Part shown: positions 28,023 through 37,093 of the stretch, in pieces
Position numbering within the stretch: position 1 is the stretch's first letter
Layout of the letters: each line of letters begins with the position of its first letter
Source of the DNA: Gemmatimonadaceae bacterium
GTDB taxonomy: Bacteria; Gemmatimonadota; Gemmatimonadetes; Gemmatimonadales; Gemmatimonadaceae
Reading direction: 5' to 3'
Assembly: GCA_051859245.1 (NCBI GenBank)
Contig: JBHYGA010000004.1
Span: 1,022,910 to 1,086,909, forward strand
DNA: 64,000 bases
Translations under genes and position numbers: made by a program
Notes under the pieces: generated by a model
The model's input: the letters and a program-made list of their open reading frames with translations, nothing else
What the model was told of the DNA's origin: nothing
Databases searched by the model: none

Positions 28023-29174
28023 GTGTCACAGACCCCCCTTCGATTCGATCGACGTGAGCTCGCCGGCGCTTTTGGCGACCTCGGCACGGACCTTCCTCTG
28101 CTGGTCGGCGTCATTCTGGCCGCCGAGCTGGACGCCACGATGGTGTTCGTGGTGTTTGGGCTGCTCCAGATCGCATCGGGGCTCATGTACCGGCTCCCCA
28201 TGCCCGTGCAGCCGCTCAAGGCGATGGCGGCTATTGTGATCGCGCAGCAGGTGGTTGGCCCGGTGCTGGCGGCGGGCGGGCTCGTGGTCGGTATCACGAT
28301 GCTCGTGCTCGCGCAGACCGGCGCGCTCGACTGGATTGCGCGTGTGGTGCCGCGTGTGATTGTACGAGGCGTGCAGGTGGGGCTGGGGCTGCAGCTGGCG
28401 CGTATTGCACTCACACGGTTTATCGCGGGCGACGGCGCGCGTGGGTGGACAGTGGCCGCGGTCGCACTTGGCGTGGTGTTGCTGCTGCGGCGGAATCACA
28501 AAGTGCCGGCCGCGATTGTAATGGTCGTGATGGGCTTGATCTACGCCGGCATGACGTGGCCTGCGGATCTGCCCGCGCCCTGGGGACTGGCGGCGCCGGT
28601 ATTGCCGTCGCGTTTCCCGACCAGCGATGAGTTCCTGCAAGGCGCACTGCTGCTGGCGGTACCGCAACTTGCGTTGTCACTCGGCAATTCGGTGTTGGCC
28701 ACGCGCCAGGGTGTGATTGATTTTTTCCCGGAACGCAGCGCGCCCTCAGTGAAACGCATTGGCCTCACGTACGCGGCCATGAATCTCATTGCCGCGCCGC
28801 TTGGTGCTACGCCTGTGTGTCACGGTTCTGGCGGTATGGCGGGGCACTTTGCGTTTGGTGGACGCACCGGTGGATCGGTGATCTACTACGGCGTGCTGTA
28901 CATCGTGGCCGGACTCTTTCTCTCGGCGGATCCGCGCGCGTTTCAGCAACTGTTTCCAGCGCCAATGCTTGGTGTGTTGCTGCTTGTCGAGGCCGTCACG
29001 CTCGTTGCACTCGTGCGTGATCAAGTGTCTGACGTGCGCGCGTTGATCATGGCGCTGGTGTCGGGCGTTGCGGCGATCACGCTGCCGTATGGGTACGCGG
29101 TGGTGCTCGTGTTCGGTACTCTGATATGGATGAGTGTTGATCGTGTGTTTCCGCGGCGACTGGATACGGCGTAA
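28023..29174 (+). CDS. MOT1-family sulfate/molybdate transporter
   Basis: GAFGDLGT, PMPVQPLKA and PVCHGSGGMAGH motifs. Confidence 0.88.
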   Translation: MSQTPLRFDRRELAGAFGDLGTDLPLLVGVILAAELDATMVFVVFGLLQIASGLMYRLPMPVQPLKAMAAIVIAQQVVGPVLAAGGLVVGITMLVLAQTGALDWIARVVPRVIVRGVQVGLGLQLARIALTRFIAGDGARGWTVAAVALGVVLLLRRNHKVPAAIVMVVMGLIYAGMTWPADLPAPWGLAAPVLPSRFPTSDEFLQGALLLAVPQLALSLGNSVLATRQGVIDFFPERSAPSVKRIGLTYAAMNLIAAPLGATPVCHGSGGMAGHFAFGGRTGGSVIYYGVLYIVAGLFLSADPRAFQQLFPAPMLGVLLLVEAVTLVALVRDQVSDVRALIMALVSGVAAITLPYGYAVVLVFGTLIWMSVDRVFPRRLDTA

Positions 29175-29267
29175 CGACCTTGGCCTCACGAAGTTGCGCG
29201 AACCCCGCAGACAGGTGACATTCGCGGCGATCACGCGCGGTCTTGCCACTCCCCCCGCAAGCAGACA

Positions 29268-29813
29268 ATGCAAAGCAAAGCCACCACCGTCGCGCAGTAC
29301 CTCGACTCGCTCCCGCCCGATCGACGCGCCGCGATTGAGACCGTTCGTCAGACCGTGCTCGCGAACGTGGACGACAAGGTTGAGGAGGGCATGCAGTACG
29401 GCATGATCGGCTTCTACGTGCCGCATCGCGTGTTTCCGGCGGGTTACCACTGCGACCCCAAACAGCCTCTGCCGTACATCGCGCTGGCGTCGCAGAAGAA
29501 TTACATGTCGCTGTACCTGATGACCGCGTACATGGACCAAGGCGACGAGGACTGGCTGCGCACACGCTGGGAGGCGACTGGTCGCAAGCTCGACATGGGG
29601 AAATGCTGCGTCCGCTTCAAGCGCATTCAAGACGTACCACTTGATGTTCTCGCCGAGGCGATCCGGCGGGTGCCCACGGACGCGCACATTGCGCGGTATC
29701 AGGCGGGCTTGACCAAGACCGGGGCGAAACCGAAGCCGGCGGCGAAGAAAGCCTCGAAGACCGTCTCGAAGACCGCCACGAAAACAACCTCGAAGCCTAC
29801 CAAGCCCAAGTAA
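29268..29813 (+). CDS. DUF1801-domain protein with Lys-rich tail
   Basis: YGMIG...P.GYHC, LASQKNYMSLY and DMGKCCVRF motifs. Confidence 0.85.
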   Translation: MQSKATTVAQYLDSLPPDRRAAIETVRQTVLANVDDKVEEGMQYGMIGFYVPHRVFPAGYHCDPKQPLPYIALASQKNYMSLYLMTAYMDQGDEDWLRTRWEATGRKLDMGKCCVRFKRIQDVPLDVLAEAIRRVPTDAHIARYQAGLTKTGAKPKPAAKKASKTVSKTATKTTSKPTKPK

Positions 29814-29823
29814 CCCGCCCGTT

Positions 29824-29868
29824 TTATATCCGGGTAATATTGACAATCCGGTTATACCCGGGTAAATA
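29824..29868 (+). promoter_or_regulatory. Promoter with perfect TTGACA -35 flanked by two TA(C/T)CCGGGTA palindromic operator sites
   Basis: TTATATCCGGGTAA at 29824-29837, TTGACA at 29840-29845, TTATACCCGGGTAA at 29852-29865. Confidence 0.7.
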
Positions 29869-29898
29869 TGTCGCTCAACCTTTTGCTGAGCGAACATC

Positions 29899-30528
29899 AT
29901 GACGAGTGTAGACACCGGCCTGCGAGCCGACGCGATTGCCTTTGAAGGAACCCGCCGCATCGCGGTGGGCCAGCTGGCCGACGTGGCGAAGGCCGTGCGT
30001 TCGGCCATGGAAAATCCGAGCCACGGCGCGCTGCTCGTGCTCGATGCCACCACGAGCGCCATCATCGACCTCGACTTGCGGGGAGACCCCGATCAGGTCG
30101 TCGCTCGGTACCAGCGAAATCAGAGCGATCAGATATCAACATCAAAAGAGCAGCAAGAAGACACTGATACGTCATCCGATGATAATTCAACCGATCGTGG
30201 TCCAGGTCGTCCACGACTCGGCGTTGTTCCCCGCGAAGTCACGCTGCTCCCGCGTCACTGGGATTGGCTCGCCACACAGCCCGGAGGCGCGTCGGCCACA
30301 CTCCGGAAACTGGTGGAATACGCACGCTCACTCAGCGTGGAGCGGGACCGCGCACGCGCGGCCACCGAGTCCGTCTATCGATTCCTCACCCACGTGGCCG
30401 GCAACGAGCAGGGCTTCGAGGAAGCGAGCCGAGCGTTGTTTGCGGGGGAACGGGAGCGCTTTCTGGAGCGCATTGCGATGTGGCCCGAAGACGTGCGGGC
30501 GCACGCGGAGTGGCTACTCAGCCGCTAG
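29899..30528 (+). CDS. DUF2239-family protein
   Basis: D..T...DLDLRG and RGPGRPRLGVVPREVTLLPRHWDWLA.QPGGAS motifs. Confidence 0.88.
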   Translation: MTSVDTGLRADAIAFEGTRRIAVGQLADVAKAVRSAMENPSHGALLVLDATTSAIIDLDLRGDPDQVVARYQRNQSDQISTSKEQQEDTDTSSDDNSTDRGPGRPRLGVVPREVTLLPRHWDWLATQPGGASATLRKLVEYARSLSVERDRARAATESVYRFLTHVAGNEQGFEEASRALFAGERERFLERIAMWPEDVRAHAEWLLSR

Positions 30529-30554
30529 CCGGGTGCGCCCCAACGGGAACGCCG

Positions 30555-31313
30555 TTACTGAGCGGCGTTCCGCATCCAGACGCGGATCAACCCGCAGGAC
30601 CCACGCGGTGTCTGCATGGCCAGCGCCAACGGCGTGCCGGCACCCGCGCGGAAAATCTCGATCGCTTCCACGTCGTTCACCGAGATCTGCTCGGGGTCGA
30701 ACGTATACGTTGGATAGTTGCCGTTGAACGAAACCGCGGGCACGCACGGCTGCGCACTGGCCAGACGCAAACCAACCGGCGTCTGCCCCTGCGCCGCGAG
30801 CGCACGCTCGGCTTCCTGCAAATCGAGCGGATACGTTGCCACATACTGTCGCAGCAGCGCGCTCAGTCGAGGGGCGCGTGAAGCTTCGATGCGATCGCGC
30901 GTAATAAGACGGCCCCACGCCTTGGTGTCCTGACTGAACCACTGCGGTGACCCCACGCCCGACCCGAACCCGCTTCGCGCCGTGACCGAGACGGTGTCGA
31001 GTTCCGGAGACAAATGCGACATCACGATGTCGGCGAATCGCACGGGCTGGTCAAACGGCACCGTGATCGAGTGACGCGTGGCGGTAAACCCCAGCTTGCG
31101 CGTGTAGAGCCAGTAGTCACCGCGGTGCACACTGTCTATCCGGAATCGGCCGGCGGCATCGGTGCGCACGGCACTGGTGCGTTGGCTGATGAAGACTTCG
31201 GCACCGGGTATTACCCGTCCGGTGGAGTCACGGACGATGCCGGTGATGACTTGCTGCGCCGGCAGTACGGCCGGAAACAGCGCGAGCGCGAGGGCGAGAG
31301 ACAATCGACGCAT
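30555..31313 (-). CDS. Exported carboxypeptidase-regulatory-like domain protein with TonB-plug-like C-terminus
   Basis: Signal peptide, GIVRDSTG..IPGAEV, TDAAGRF, DVEAIEIFR and CGLIRVW; no beta-barrel. Confidence 0.75.
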   Translation of the reverse strand: MRRLSLALALALFPAVLPAQQVITGIVRDSTGRVIPGAEVFISQRTSAVRTDAAGRFRIDSVHRGDYWLYTRKLGFTATRHSITVPFDQPVRFADIVMSHLSPELDTVSVTARSGFGSGVGSPQWFSQDTKAWGRLITRDRIEASRAPRLSALLRQYVATYPLDLQEAERALAAQGQTPVGLRLASAQPCVPAVSFNGNYPTYTFDPEQISVNDVEAIEIFRAGAGTPLALAMQTPRGSCGLIRVWMRNAAQ

Positions 31314-31353
31314 GACAACCTCACAGCGCGGTGGGAGACTTGGACCGGACGTG

Positions 31354-31746
31354 TTACCCCGGTTGGTTCTGCATGTGCCATGCGACATTCCGGAGCTTCG
31401 CGATGAGCTCCGTACGGAGCGCCTCGGGCATCTCATGCTGCCCCAGCGCCGCCTCCATGCACCAGAGCCACTCGTCGCGCTCCCGCACGCCAATCGCGAA
31501 CGGAAAATGTCGCATGCGAAGTCGCGGATGGCCAAACTTGTCTTCGTAGAGCGGGGGGCCGCCAAGCCAGCCGCTCAGATACATGAACAGCTTGTCGCGC
31601 GAGACTTTGAGGTTCGTGGCGTGCAACGCCCGCACCGCGGTGGCCTCAGGCGCCGTGTCCATGATGTCGTAAAATCGGTCGACGAGCGCGCGGATCCCGG
31701 CTTCGCCGCCGATCTGTTCGTAGTGGGGGGAGAATGCGGTAGACAT
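31354..31746 (-). CDS. Group II truncated hemoglobin (GlbO-like)
   Basis: YEQIGG, LVDRFY, WLGGPPLY, GHPRLRMRH and W..CM motifs. Confidence 0.92.
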   Translation of the reverse strand: MSTAFSPHYEQIGGEAGIRALVDRFYDIMDTAPEATAVRALHATNLKVSRDKLFMYLSGWLGGPPLYEDKFGHPRLRMRHFPFAIGVRERDEWLWCMEAALGQHEMPEALRTELIAKLRNVAWHMQNQPG

Positions 31747-31771
31747 CTGTTGAGTATGCTCTTGCAACGCA

Positions 31772-32014
31772 GTTGCTGTTTCTGATTCGTCCATTCGGCC
31801 GTTCTGGAAGGAGCCCAAGGCCATTTGGCCTTTCGGCGAATCAGTTTCGTACAATGGCACAAAGCACAAACGCTGATTGACCATCTGCGAACACCGCAAG
31901 ATCCTCCGTGCCGCATGTGTGCCGGGTGCCGCCTTTCGAAAATGATTTGCCGAAAGGCCAGATGGCCCTGGGCTCCTTCCAGGACGGCCGAATGGACGAA
32001 TCAGGAACTGCAAC
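31772..32014. repeat. Element bounded by 78-bp imperfect inverted repeats (repeat family B; MITE/REP-like)
   Basis: Arms 31772-31849 and 31937-32014 match at about 71/78 by manual alignment; a third arm copy lies at 63934-63998. Confidence 0.85.
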
Positions 32015-32022
32015 GTTGTGCG

Positions 32023-32631
32023 TTAGGGCCCGGACCGCTCATGGATCTTGAGACCAAGAGTCTCGCGCACCACGGTGGCGCCGTACTTCTGAATCGCCCA
32101 CGCGAACACGGTCACACGCACAGCGCGGGAAATCGCGAGCGCGCCGATGAATACCACATACGGCATACCGAACGCGCCAGCCGAGACGGCCAGCAACTTG
32201 GTACTGATCGGCGAAAACGTACTGCCGGCAATCAGTAACCACCCCCAGCGCGTGAGCAGTGACTCGGCTTGTGCCAGACCGTCGGCACTCACTCCAATCC
32301 ACGAGCCGTACGACGCAAGCAGCTGATTGAGTGCGTACACGCCAATGAAGAACAGTACTGTGGCACCAACAATCGTACCGCAGAACGCTGCGAACGCGAG
32401 TCGGTACGCGCGCTTGGGCTGCGCGAGTGAGAGCGGCAGAAAAAGTGCGTCGGACAATCCGGGCACGATCAAACTCTGCAACACACCGTAACCGAAGACT
32501 GCAGCGCCACTCCAACCGCGATCCGCAAAATCATGCAGACGATCGTAGAAACGCTGCAGCCATCCACGAGGGGATGGCTGCAATGGCGCTACATCACTCG
32601 TTTTGGCCGCGCGATCTGGCGCATCACTCAC
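32023..32631 (-). CDS. YqaA/DedA (VTT) family membrane protein
   Basis: S..VP...DAL..P, GTIVG, FSPI..K...SAG and SRAVR motifs. Confidence 0.8.
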   Translation of the reverse strand: MSDAPDRAAKTSDVAPLQPSPRGWLQRFYDRLHDFADRGWSGAAVFGYGVLQSLIVPGLSDALFLPLSLAQPKRAYRLAFAAFCGTIVGATVLFFIGVYALNQLLASYGSWIGVSADGLAQAESLLTRWGWLLIAGSTFSPISTKLLAVSAGAFGMPYVVFIGALAISRAVRVTVFAWAIQKYGATVVRETLGLKIHERSGP

Positions 32632-32638
32632 GCGTAAC

Positions 32639-34333
32639 TCACTGACGACGCGCGGCCCGACGGGCTTCGGCCATTTTCACCGCTTCGTACGCATTCACAA
32701 TACCCCCAGATGCCGACAGCGAACCAAACGTGACACGCGCACTCGCCTCGCCACCGGGTGGCACGACCTGCACGTTCGGCAACTTGGTGACCGACGCAAT
32801 AAGAATGTCACGCACGTCAGCGGCTGTGAGCTCCGGATAGTAGGCCATGAGCAGCGCGGCTACGCCAGATACCACCGGCGCCGCCATGCTCGTGCCACTC
32901 TGCCGCTCGTACTTGCTGCCCGGCACGGCAGAATAGATGTCGACGCCGGGTGCGAACAGATCGACACTCTGCTTGCCAAAGTTCGAGAATGGCGCGGCGA
33001 GTTCGTTGCCGCCCTTCCACGAACTTGCCCCAACCGTCAGCCACAACCTGGCCTTCGCGCCGCTGCCAAGATCCGCGTTCGGGAAGTTCGGCGTGACATC
33101 AATGTCTTCCCCATCATTGCCCGCCGCGTGCACGAGCAACACACCTTTCGACTCGGCGTAGCGCACGGCGTCATCTACCAGCGCCTTCTGCGGTGAATAC
33201 GCTTTACCGAAGCTCATGTTGATGATGTGCGCCCCGTTGTCTACGGCGTAGCGAATGGCGTTGGCGACATCCTTGTCGCGCTCGTCACCGTCTGGCACCG
33301 CGCGCACGCCCATGATGCGCACGCCGTCGGTCACACCATCAAGACCAATGTTGTTACCGCGCACGGCGGCAATGATGCCGCCAACGTGCGAACCGTGTTT
33401 GGCATCGGGGCCGGTGATGTCGGCGTTGCCATAGGTACGCTGCGCACCGTCGGCATAGTTGTCGCCCACAATGTTGCGCGGGTCGAACAACGTGTCGAGC
33501 GCATACTTGGCCTGCGAACCATACGCTTCACGCGCTTCGGCAATGAGCTCCGGCGTGATGTCATTGGCCGCAAGCTGCAAATACATCTGCTTCGCCTGCG
33601 TCACCTGCGGCGTGGTAGCTTGCAGCGCTTCCACCTTGGCTTTGGTGATGTCGCCCGCGATCTGGCCGCGCAGCAACGTGACGGCGCCGTCGAGTGCGCG
33701 ACCGATGTTTTCAACCTGCGCGAGTGTCCCCACCACTTCCGTACGCTTTTCCGAATACTTCTCGGCGATCTTGTTGCACGCCTCAACGCGCGGCGCCGTT
33801 TGTGTTCCACCGTTGGCGCGTTCGGTGTTGCAGCGCGCATACTCACGGGTGAGTTCGAACGTGTCGTGATGCACGTTCTTGCCATCGGCGCCGCCAATGA
33901 AGTTCCAGCCGTACACATCACCGGCGTAGCCATTGTCATCGGCATCACGCGAGCCGGGTTGTTCCTTTTCGTTGCGCCACAACACGGCCTTGAGATCCGC
34001 GTGCGCGGTGTCCACGCCACCGTCAATCACGGCCACCACCACGGTGCGACCAGGTGTACGGCCCGCAAGCAATTCCTTGAGCGCACGATCGGAGCCGGTG
34101 CCGGCAATGCCGTCGGTGGCGAGATCACGCAGCTGCCAGTTCACGGGCGACTCATCAAGCCGCACCGCTGGAGGCGGCGTAACGGGAGCAGATGCGGTGG
34201 CCGCAGCAGGCGCGGGCGCGGTGACGGGTGCGGCACCTGGTGCGCAGGCAGCGGCAACACCGAGCACCAGCAGTGCGCGTGGCACAGACATCAGGCGACG
34301 CGAGGCAACGTTGAAAGCAGACGAAAGACGCAT
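32639..34333 (-). CDS. S8 subtilisin-like serine peptidase, probable lipoprotein
   Basis: VAVIDGGVD, HGSHVGG, AAGN and GTSMAAP motifs; lipobox-like VAAAC. Confidence 0.93.
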   Translation of the reverse strand: MRLSSAFNVASRRLMSVPRALLVLGVAAACAPGAAPVTAPAPAAATASAPVTPPPAVRLDESPVNWQLRDLATDGIAGTGSDRALKELLAGRTPGRTVVVAVIDGGVDTAHADLKAVLWRNEKEQPGSRDADDNGYAGDVYGWNFIGGADGKNVHHDTFELTREYARCNTERANGGTQTAPRVEACNKIAEKYSEKRTEVVGTLAQVENIGRALDGAVTLLRGQIAGDITKAKVEALQATTPQVTQAKQMYLQLAANDITPELIAEAREAYGSQAKYALDTLFDPRNIVGDNYADGAQRTYGNADITGPDAKHGSHVGGIIAAVRGNNIGLDGVTDGVRIMGVRAVPDGDERDKDVANAIRYAVDNGAHIINMSFGKAYSPQKALVDDAVRYAESKGVLLVHAAGNDGEDIDVTPNFPNADLGSGAKARLWLTVGASSWKGGNELAAPFSNFGKQSVDLFAPGVDIYSAVPGSKYERQSGTSMAAPVVSGVAALLMAYYPELTAADVRDILIASVTKLPNVQVVPPGGEASARVTFGSLSASGGIVNAYEAVKMAEARRAARRQ

Positions 34334-34346
34334 TTTCAGGTCGGGG

Positions 34347-34640
34347 TCAGAGTCGGTCGAGGGCGTCGTTGCCGATCACGGGAATCCAGGGCAGCATCTC
34401 GTAGTTCACAAGGCCGAGTTTGCTGAACGGATCTCCATCACGAATACGATCCAGCGTCGCTTGTACCCCGTGGTCGGGGATTCGGAGCAACAGCGCGCCG
34501 CCCGAGCGCGGATCAAAGGGTCCGGACGCCAGCAGCTCCCCGGCGGCCTGCAGCTCGCGCAGATACGCGCGATGGGCCTCCACGTGAGGCGTGATCACGT
34601 CAAGCGGGAAGCGATAGCGGAGAATGGCGAGTGCGTACAT
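34347..34640 (-). CDS. YciI-family protein
   Basis: AHRAYL, LLASGP and DPF motifs. Confidence 0.85.
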   Translation of the reverse strand: MYALAILRYRFPLDVITPHVEAHRAYLRELQAAGELLASGPFDPRSGGALLLRIPDHGVQATLDRIRDGDPFSKLGLVNYEMLPWIPVIGNDALDRL

Positions 34641-34667
34641 CTCGGAAAGCTAATTGGGGGCTGGGGG

Positions 34668-34908
34668 GGAGCGTATTGCCGGCGTGCTCCTGGTGCTGGG
34701 GTGGAGCGTATCGCCGGCGTGCTCCTGGTGCTGGGGGAACTGCGGCGGGAAGGGCACGAAGGCACGAAGGACACGAAGAAGAGCAACTGCAAAGGATTTT
34801 GAGGAAACAGCAACAGCGCTGCGGCTGAAACCCTTCAAATTTTTGCCGTTTTCGTGTCCTTCGTGCCTTTGTGTCTTCCCGCCGCAGTTCTACCAGCACC
34901 AGGAGCAC
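34668..34908. repeat. Palindromic intergenic element (repeat family A) with a 35-bp tandem duplication and CACGAAG microrepeats
   Basis: Arms near 34719-34786 and 34843-34908 are imperfect reverse complements; 34737-34800 is identical to 54486-54549. Confidence 0.85.
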
Positions 34909-34930
34909 CTGCGCGCTACGATCCGGACGA

Positions 34931-35413
34931 CTACGGCCGAGCCGCCAAGCCCGCCTCATCATCACCGTCAATCGCATCCCGCAGCGCCTGCCACGGCATA
35001 CGCGCGCAGCCCACACGCTGCGGATATGCAGCCACACCAGCCAGCGCGATCAGATCTCCCGGCGGCGCAGCTTCGGTTACGGTGTCGCCCTGCAGCAGAC
35101 GTTCCACACGCTCAATGAGCGTGCGTGCCTCGTGCATCGCGAGGCCGCGCACAGTCTGTGCAAGCATGGAGGCCGACGCGGTGGCGATGGAACAACCACG
35201 TCCTTCAAAACCAACCTGCGTGATCGTGTCGTGATCAACGGCGATAGCCACACGAAACTCATCGCCACACAGCGGATTCTTGCGCACACCAAATGATGTT
35301 TCGTTGGCCAGCGCACCACGTCCGAACGGCGCGCGGTAGTGCTGCAGCAAACGATCCTGATACATCTTGGCCAGCGTACGCTCGAGCGGTCTGGCCAGTG
35401 GCGCGTGTGACAC
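34931..35413 (-). CDS. sufU: SufU/IscU-like protein, copy 2
   Basis: NPLCGD, GCSIATASAS and RVGCA motifs; alternative start at 35365. Confidence 0.85.
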   Translation of the reverse strand: MSHAPLARPLERTLAKMYQDRLLQHYRAPFGRGALANETSFGVRKNPLCGDEFRVAIAVDHDTITQVGFEGRGCSIATASASMLAQTVRGLAMHEARTLIERVERLLQGDTVTEAAPPGDLIALAGVAAYPQRVGCARMPWQALRDAIDGDDEAGLAARP

Positions 35414-35414
35414 G

Positions 35415-36701
35415 TTAGTCGCCGTGCACAGCAAACAGCTCTTGTGCCGCTTCGAGCGCGACCGCCAGTGCCTCTACATCACTTGCGTCGCTGTACACAT
35501 AAAAACTGGCGCGGGCGGTCGCGCTCGTGCCAAGCCGGCGCATGAGCGGCTGCGCGCAATGATGTCCCGCGCGAATGCAGACCGCGTGCTGATCGAGAAT
35601 CGTGGCCAGATCATGCGGGTGCACATCGGGCAGAGAAAAACTCAGCACGCCACTGCGCTGCGCGGCTGGCGGACCGTAAATGTGCAGCCCTTCAATTGTG
35701 GCGAGTCGTGCGTGCGCGGCTTCGAGCAACGCCAGTTCATGCGCTCGCACCTGCGCCATGTCGAGCGATTCGAGATAGCGCACGGCCGCAGCCAATCCTA
35801 CTGCGTCGGCGGCGTTCGGCGTACCAGCCTCGAAGCGATGCGGCAACACATTCCACGTGCTGTCAAAGTCATTCACCCACTCAATCATGTCGCCGCCAAA
35901 CTGCCACGGCTGACACTCCAGCCAGCGCGCGCGCGTACCGATCACACCACCAATGCCCATGGGACCGAGCATTTTGTGACCGCTGAACGCGTAGAAATCC
36001 ACACCGAGCGCGTCGAACTCTACCGGCAAGTGCGGTGCACCCTGCGCACCGTCGAGCACAATGATGGCGGGCGACTTTTCGCGCACCAAACGCACCACTT
36101 CCGCGACCGGCGTAATCGAGCCCACCGCGTTGGATACGTGCGTGAGGGCAACCACACGCGTGCGCGGCGTGAGCAACGTGGCGAGATGGTCGAGATCGAT
36201 GCGCTGATCGGCCGTGAGCTCACACACCTTGAACTGCGCGCCCGTGGCCAAGGCCAACTGCTGCCACGGTACAAAGTTCGCGTGATGCTCTAGTGCGGTG
36301 ACCACGATCTCATCACCGGCCTGCACATGCGCGCGTCCCCACGCGTTGGCCACCAGGTTCATGGACTCGGTGGTACCGCGTGTGAATACGAGGGTGTCAC
36401 TATCGGCCGCGCCCAGAAACCGCGCAATGGTATGACGCGCGTCGTGGTACGCGTCGGTAGCCGCGGCCGAGAGTGCGTACGCGCCGCGATGCGGATTGGC
36501 GTTGGCAGTGCTGTAAAAGCCGGTGATGGCGTCGAGCACTATCTGCGGTTTTTGCGACGTGGCCGCGGAATCGAGATAGTGCAGGCCGGACTGCGCAGCG
36601 AGCAGCGGAAAGTCCGCGCGCGCGGCGAGCGGCGCGATGGCCACCGCGTGAGGAGTTGCGGCAAGCAGCGGCGCGCTTGCGCCGGGGAGAACTGACGTCA
36701 T
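35415..36701 (-). CDS. sufS: Cysteine desulfurase SufS
   Basis: YLDSAATSQKP, FSGHKM and RAGHHCAQP motifs. Confidence 0.95.
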   Translation of the reverse strand: MTSVLPGASAPLLAATPHAVAIAPLAARADFPLLAAQSGLHYLDSAATSQKPQIVLDAITGFYSTANANPHRGAYALSAAATDAYHDARHTIARFLGAADSDTLVFTRGTTESMNLVANAWGRAHVQAGDEIVVTALEHHANFVPWQQLALATGAQFKVCELTADQRIDLDHLATLLTPRTRVVALTHVSNAVGSITPVAEVVRLVREKSPAIIVLDGAQGAPHLPVEFDALGVDFYAFSGHKMLGPMGIGGVIGTRARWLECQPWQFGGDMIEWVNDFDSTWNVLPHRFEAGTPNAADAVGLAAAVRYLESLDMAQVRAHELALLEAAHARLATIEGLHIYGPPAAQRSGVLSFSLPDVHPHDLATILDQHAVCIRAGHHCAQPLMRRLGTSATARASFYVYSDASDVEALAVALEAAQELFAVHGD

Positions 36702-37090
36702 AGTGCCTCCGGGAGCGTCGACGTGTCGCGTCGTGCTCCAATGAATACCTCACCATTCACAATGCGCACGGGAAACGTGGGCAGTGCGTCGGTGGCTGGC
36801 CCCTGCAACACCGCACCCGTAGCGCACGAGAACTGCGCGCCGTGCCACGGGCACTCGATCACCGGAGCCGGTTCCCCGTTGACGGTCAACACATCGCCGC
36901 CCGAGAGCGCAAACGCCCGATGCGGGCAGACATCATGCACGGCCCACACCTCGGGACCGCGCCGCACCACGCACACACGTTCGCCGTTTGAGAGCACCAC
37001 GCCCTGCGGCAGCCCGTCTTCGAGATCGGCGAGCAACCCGGCACGCTCAAACTCCGCGAATGACGGCTCGTGCGCACGAGATGCGGTCAC
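36698..37090 (-). CDS. Rieske-type [2Fe-2S] ferredoxin
   Basis: CPH and CPWH motifs. Confidence 0.9.
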   Translation of the reverse strand: MTASRAHEPSFAEFERAGLLADLEDGLPQGVVLSNGERVCVVRRGPEVWAVHDVCPHRAFALSGGDVLTVNGEPAPVIECPWHGAQFSCATGAVLQGPATDALPTFPVRIVNGEVFIGARRDTSTLPEAL

Positions 37091-37093
37091 ACA

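Noticed and set aside
28023..29174. Functional link between the MOT1 transporter and moeB/MoaD-like genes as a Moco cluster
   Set aside because: They are over 30 kb apart and no moaA/moaC/moaE/moeA genes are in the window.
28746..30065. 439-aa minus-strand ORF
   Set aside because: Spans three well-supported plus-strand genes; no motifs.
31747..32013. N-terminal extension of the truncated hemoglobin ORF
   Set aside because: It is only read-through across repeat family B; the globin starts at 31746.
34668..34736. 35-bp direct repeats as a possible CRISPR array
   Set aside because: Only two adjacent units with no spacer and no cas genes; part of repeat family A.
33227..34802. 399-aa and 289-aa plus-strand ORFs
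   Set aside because: Antisense to the S8 peptidase and yciI, running into repeat A; no motifs.
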